Assembly (NCBI GenBank): GCA_036260935.1
Contig: DATALQ010000018.1
Location: 34,378-98,377 of the forward strand
Length of the DNA stretch: 64,000 nucleotides
Direction of reading: 5' to 3'
Source: Clostridia bacterium
Lineage (GTDB): Bacteria > Bacillota > Clostridia > Acetivibrionales > DTU013
The position numbers and the translations under genes are program-made. Positions 61,559-64,000 of this stretch are shown here, one piece after another (position 1 is the stretch's first letter; each line of letters begins with the position of its first letter). A model generated the notes under the pieces. That model did not search any database and was not told where the DNA came from. It saw only the letters and a program-made list of their open reading frames with translations.

Positions 61559-63286
61559 ATGCTCAAACTTTACAGGTTTTTGAAACCTTATAGTTTTATG
61601 ATCGGCCTGACGCTGATCTTTATATTCCTGCAAACGATCGGCGATCTATATCTGCCGACTTTGATGGGAGACATCATAAATAAGGGCGTCATGCAGGGCG
61701 ATACTAAAAAGATACTGCAGATCGGAGGCGAGATGCTGCTCGTGACGGGCGGCGGGGTAATCTGCGCCATCATTGCCAGTTACCTTTCGTCAAGAATAGC
61801 GGTGGGACTTGGTACTATACTGAGAAGCAAGATATTCAGAAGGGTCGAAAGCTTTTCGCTCCACGAATTTGACAAGATCGGAACGGCGACACTGATAACA
61901 AGGACGACAAACGACATCACACAAATACAGATGGTCACTGTCATGATCATGAGAATGATGATAGGCGCGCCTATGATGGCGATCGGCGGAACCATCCTTG
62001 CTATGAGGAGAGATAAACCGCTGACGCTGGTGCTTGCGGTTTCGCTGCCCGTACTTGCCGGAGTGGTCATTTTTATCGCGTCACGGATGATACCGCTATT
62101 TAGGGCGGTGCAGAAAAAGATCGACAGGATCAACCTCGTGCTGCGTGAAAAGTTGACGGGTATCAGGGTTATCCGCGCCTTCAACACCACGGAACGTGAA
62201 GAGATGCGTTTTGGCGAAGCGAATGATGATTTGACGAACAATTATATTAAGGTAAACAGGATAATGGCATTCATGATGCCATCCATTATGATAATAATGA
62301 GCCTGACACAGCTGTCGATCCTGTGGTTCGGCGGGCTGCGTGTTTCAAGGGGCGACATGGACCTCGGAGCGCTTTCTTCCTTTACGCAGTATGCGATGCA
62401 GATAATGATGTCCATGCTCATGCTTGCCGTAATGTTCATAATGGTGCCGCGTGCGCAGGCTGCGGCAGTAAGGATCAATGAAGTGCTGGATACTGAGCCC
62501 GGGATTGTAGATCCCGGCACGACCAGGGAATCGAATTCCGGAAAGGGCTATATAGAATTCAAGGATGTCACCTTCAGCTATCATGGCGCGGAAGAACCGG
62601 TGCTGCGCAACATAAGCTTTGCGGCCAGGCCGGGGGAAGTGACTGCGATCATAGGCAGCACGGGCTCGGGGAAATCGACGCTGATCAACCTCATACCGCG
62701 CTTCTATGATGTGGAAAGCGGCAGCGTATTGCTGGATGGTGTTGATGTAAGGGAATATTCCCAGGAAAACCTCCGCGGCAGGATCGGCTTTGTCCCGCAG
62801 AAGGCGGTCCTTTTTTCCGGCACTATAGCGGAAAACATAAAGGTAGGGAAAGACGACGCCACGGACGAGGAAATACGCCATGCCGCAGAGATCGCGCAGG
62901 CTGACGATTTCATAGCAGGCATGGACGGCGGGTATGAACATGAAATAGCACAGGGCGGCACCAACGTGTCCGGCGGTCAGAAGCAGAGGCTTTCGATTGC
63001 CAGGGCGCTGGTGAGGAAGCCTGAGATCTATATATTTGATGATAGCTTTTCGGCGCTGGACTTTAAAACGGACGCAAAGCTTCGTGCAGCATTGAAAAAG
63101 GAAATAGCGGAGGCAACTGTCATCATAGTTACCCAAAGGGTAGGCACAGTCATGGACGCAGACAGGATCATAGTCCTCGACGACGGCCAGGTAGCGGGTA
63201 TGGGAAAACATAAAGAGCTGCTGGCTAACTGCGGCGTATACCGTGAAATTGTGGAATCCCAGCTGTCAGAGGAGGAGATCGCATGA
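61559..63286 (+). CDS. ABC exporter, fused TMD-NBD half transporter (subunit 1)
   Basis: 575 aa from ATG 61559. Six TM segments. Walker A GSTGSGKST, signature VSGGQKQRLSIARAL, Walker B IYIFDDSFSALD. Confidence 0.9.
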   Translation: MLKLYRFLKPYSFMIGLTLIFIFLQTIGDLYLPTLMGDIINKGVMQGDTKKILQIGGEMLLVTGGGVICAIIASYLSSRIAVGLGTILRSKIFRRVESFSLHEFDKIGTATLITRTTNDITQIQMVTVMIMRMMIGAPMMAIGGTILAMRRDKPLTLVLAVSLPVLAGVVIFIASRMIPLFRAVQKKIDRINLVLREKLTGIRVIRAFNTTEREEMRFGEANDDLTNNYIKVNRIMAFMMPSIMIIMSLTQLSILWFGGLRVSRGDMDLGALSSFTQYAMQIMMSMLMLAVMFIMVPRAQAAAVRINEVLDTEPGIVDPGTTRESNSGKGYIEFKDVTFSYHGAEEPVLRNISFAARPGEVTAIIGSTGSGKSTLINLIPRFYDVESGSVLLDGVDVREYSQENLRGRIGFVPQKAVLFSGTIAENIKVGKDDATDEEIRHAAEIAQADDFIAGMDGGYEHEIAQGGTNVSGGQKQRLSIARALVRKPEIYIFDDSFSALDFKTDAKLRAALKKEIAEATVIIVTQRVGTVMDADRIIVLDDGQVAGMGKHKELLANCGVYREIVESQLSEEEIA

Positions 63287-64000
63287 GTGAACAGGACAAC
63301 AGCATACAAAACCGTCCTCCGCAGAGAAGGGGACCGATGGGCGGCCATGGCGGTCCGATGGGCGGCATTGGCATGCCGGTGCAGAAGGCAAAAGACTTCA
63401 AGGGCACATTGAAAAGATTGATTGGTTATTTGAGACCACACAGGACCAGGTTGATAATAGTCCTTATATTTGCGATCGCCAGCACGGCCTTCACTATAGC
63501 GGCGCCCAAGGTTATGAGCAAGGGCATGAACAAGCTGCAGGACTCATATATGGCAAGCTCGATGCTCAAGGAGCTGGGCAAGGGCCAAAGACAGGCAATT
63601 GACGAGATGTACAGGTCGATAGCCGTGCAGTTATACAACGGAGTTTTGGAAGGGCAAAAAACTGCAGTCGATGAAATAACGAAGCAAATGGGAGCAGCAC
63701 AGAAAAGCATGGTCGAAAGGATAAATCTGCAAATGCAGCAGCTTCAGCAGATGCAGGCGGCGGCTATGAAAGGCATAGGGGCAGGAGCAGGTGCTGAGGC
63801 ACAGAGCGCGGGAGCGGGAACAAAGGGAGCAGGAGCGCAAGGTGCAGCCTCACAAACCAAAGGCGCAGCGGCACAAGGTGCGTCGGCAGGTACGGCTGTA
63901 CCGCCGCAGATGGATCCCAAAATGCTGGCTGCAATCCAGGAACTGCAGAAACTGCCGATGATCGATTCACTTAAAACGCTTCAGGAGAAAGCGGACACGA
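63283..64000 (+). CDS. ABC exporter half transporter (subunit 2), 3'-truncated by window edge
   Basis: ATG 63283 overlaps the upstream stop (ATGA). Gly/Pro/Met-rich N-terminus, then TM1 LIIVLIFAIASTAFTIAAP, then a long Gln/Ala/Gly-rich segment. The frame stays open to nt 64000. Not in the ORF track because it is open-ended. Confidence 0.8.
   Translation, partial: MSEQDNSIQNRPPQRRGPMGGHGGPMGGIGMPVQKAKDFKGTLKRLIGYLRPHRTRLIIVLIFAIASTAFTIAAPKVMSKGMNKLQDSYMASSMLKELGKGQRQAIDEMYRSIAVQLYNGVLEGQKTAVDEITKQMGAAQKSMVERINLQMQQLQQMQAAAMKGIGAGAGAEAQSAGAGTKGAGAQGAASQTKGAAAQGASAGTAVPPQMDPKMLAAIQELQKLPMIDSLKTLQEKADT

Noticed and set aside
1-64000. Searched for mobile elements, defence systems (CRISPR-Cas, RM, TA, retron/RT), prophage remnants and biosynthetic clusters.
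   Set aside because: I recognised no transposase, integrase, recombinase, reverse transcriptase, nuclease/helicase defence signature, terminal inverted repeats, radical-SAM/RiPP (apart from MoaA) or PKS/NRPS genes.

Overview
This 64-kb chromosomal segment looks like a Gram-positive anaerobe of the class Clostridia. That is an inference from SLH-anchored surface proteins, strong AGGAGG-type Shine-Dalgarno sites, YesM/YesN-type sensor pairs and LplABC-type sugar ABC systems. I recognised no rRNA, tRNA, CRISPR array, transposase, integrase or phage gene. Content in order: (1) Moco biosynthesis genes moeA'-moaA-moaC-MOSC-moeB (1-4202). (2) A thiol-rich accessory island (4396-9945) with two 'winged-helix repressor + CxC permease' modules, a 55-aa CCC/CC protein, a ferredoxin, a Trx-fold protein and a CoA-disulfide-reductase/rhodanese fusion. 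(3) dus, two SLH surface proteins (one of 1636 aa with GLUG/LamG/4xFN3), a LUD-domain protein, an SH3b-NlpC/P60 hydrolase and a dCache-GGDEF-EAL protein (10.5-24 kb). (4) A sugar-utilisation island (26-45.7 kb) with a FucI-family isomerase, one histidine kinase flanked by two AraC-type response regulators, two CUT1 ABC systems, two LacI repressors and an AKR-FucU-Zn-ADH operon. (5) DUF3892 plus a micro-ORF, RIC and DUF3237 (45.9-47.6 kb). (6) An MCP, a third CUT1 ABC system, a P-loop kinase translationally coupled to a YcjM-like GH13_18 phosphorylase, an esterase, a LacI and a GT1 (47.9-59.8 kb). (7) An AT-rich gap, a RemA-like protein, a MarR and a heterodimeric ABC exporter running off the window (60-64 kb). 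The most interesting items are the thiol-rich island with its tiny cysteine-cluster protein, the kinase-phosphorylase pair, two recurrent operator motifs that tie transcription units into regulons (GTAAAACGATTAA x4; TGTCAA-N4-TTGACA x4), a 5x9-nt tandem repeat filling a 5'UTR, and the RR-HK-RR arrangement. All functional calls rest on motif recognition by eye. No database search was possible.
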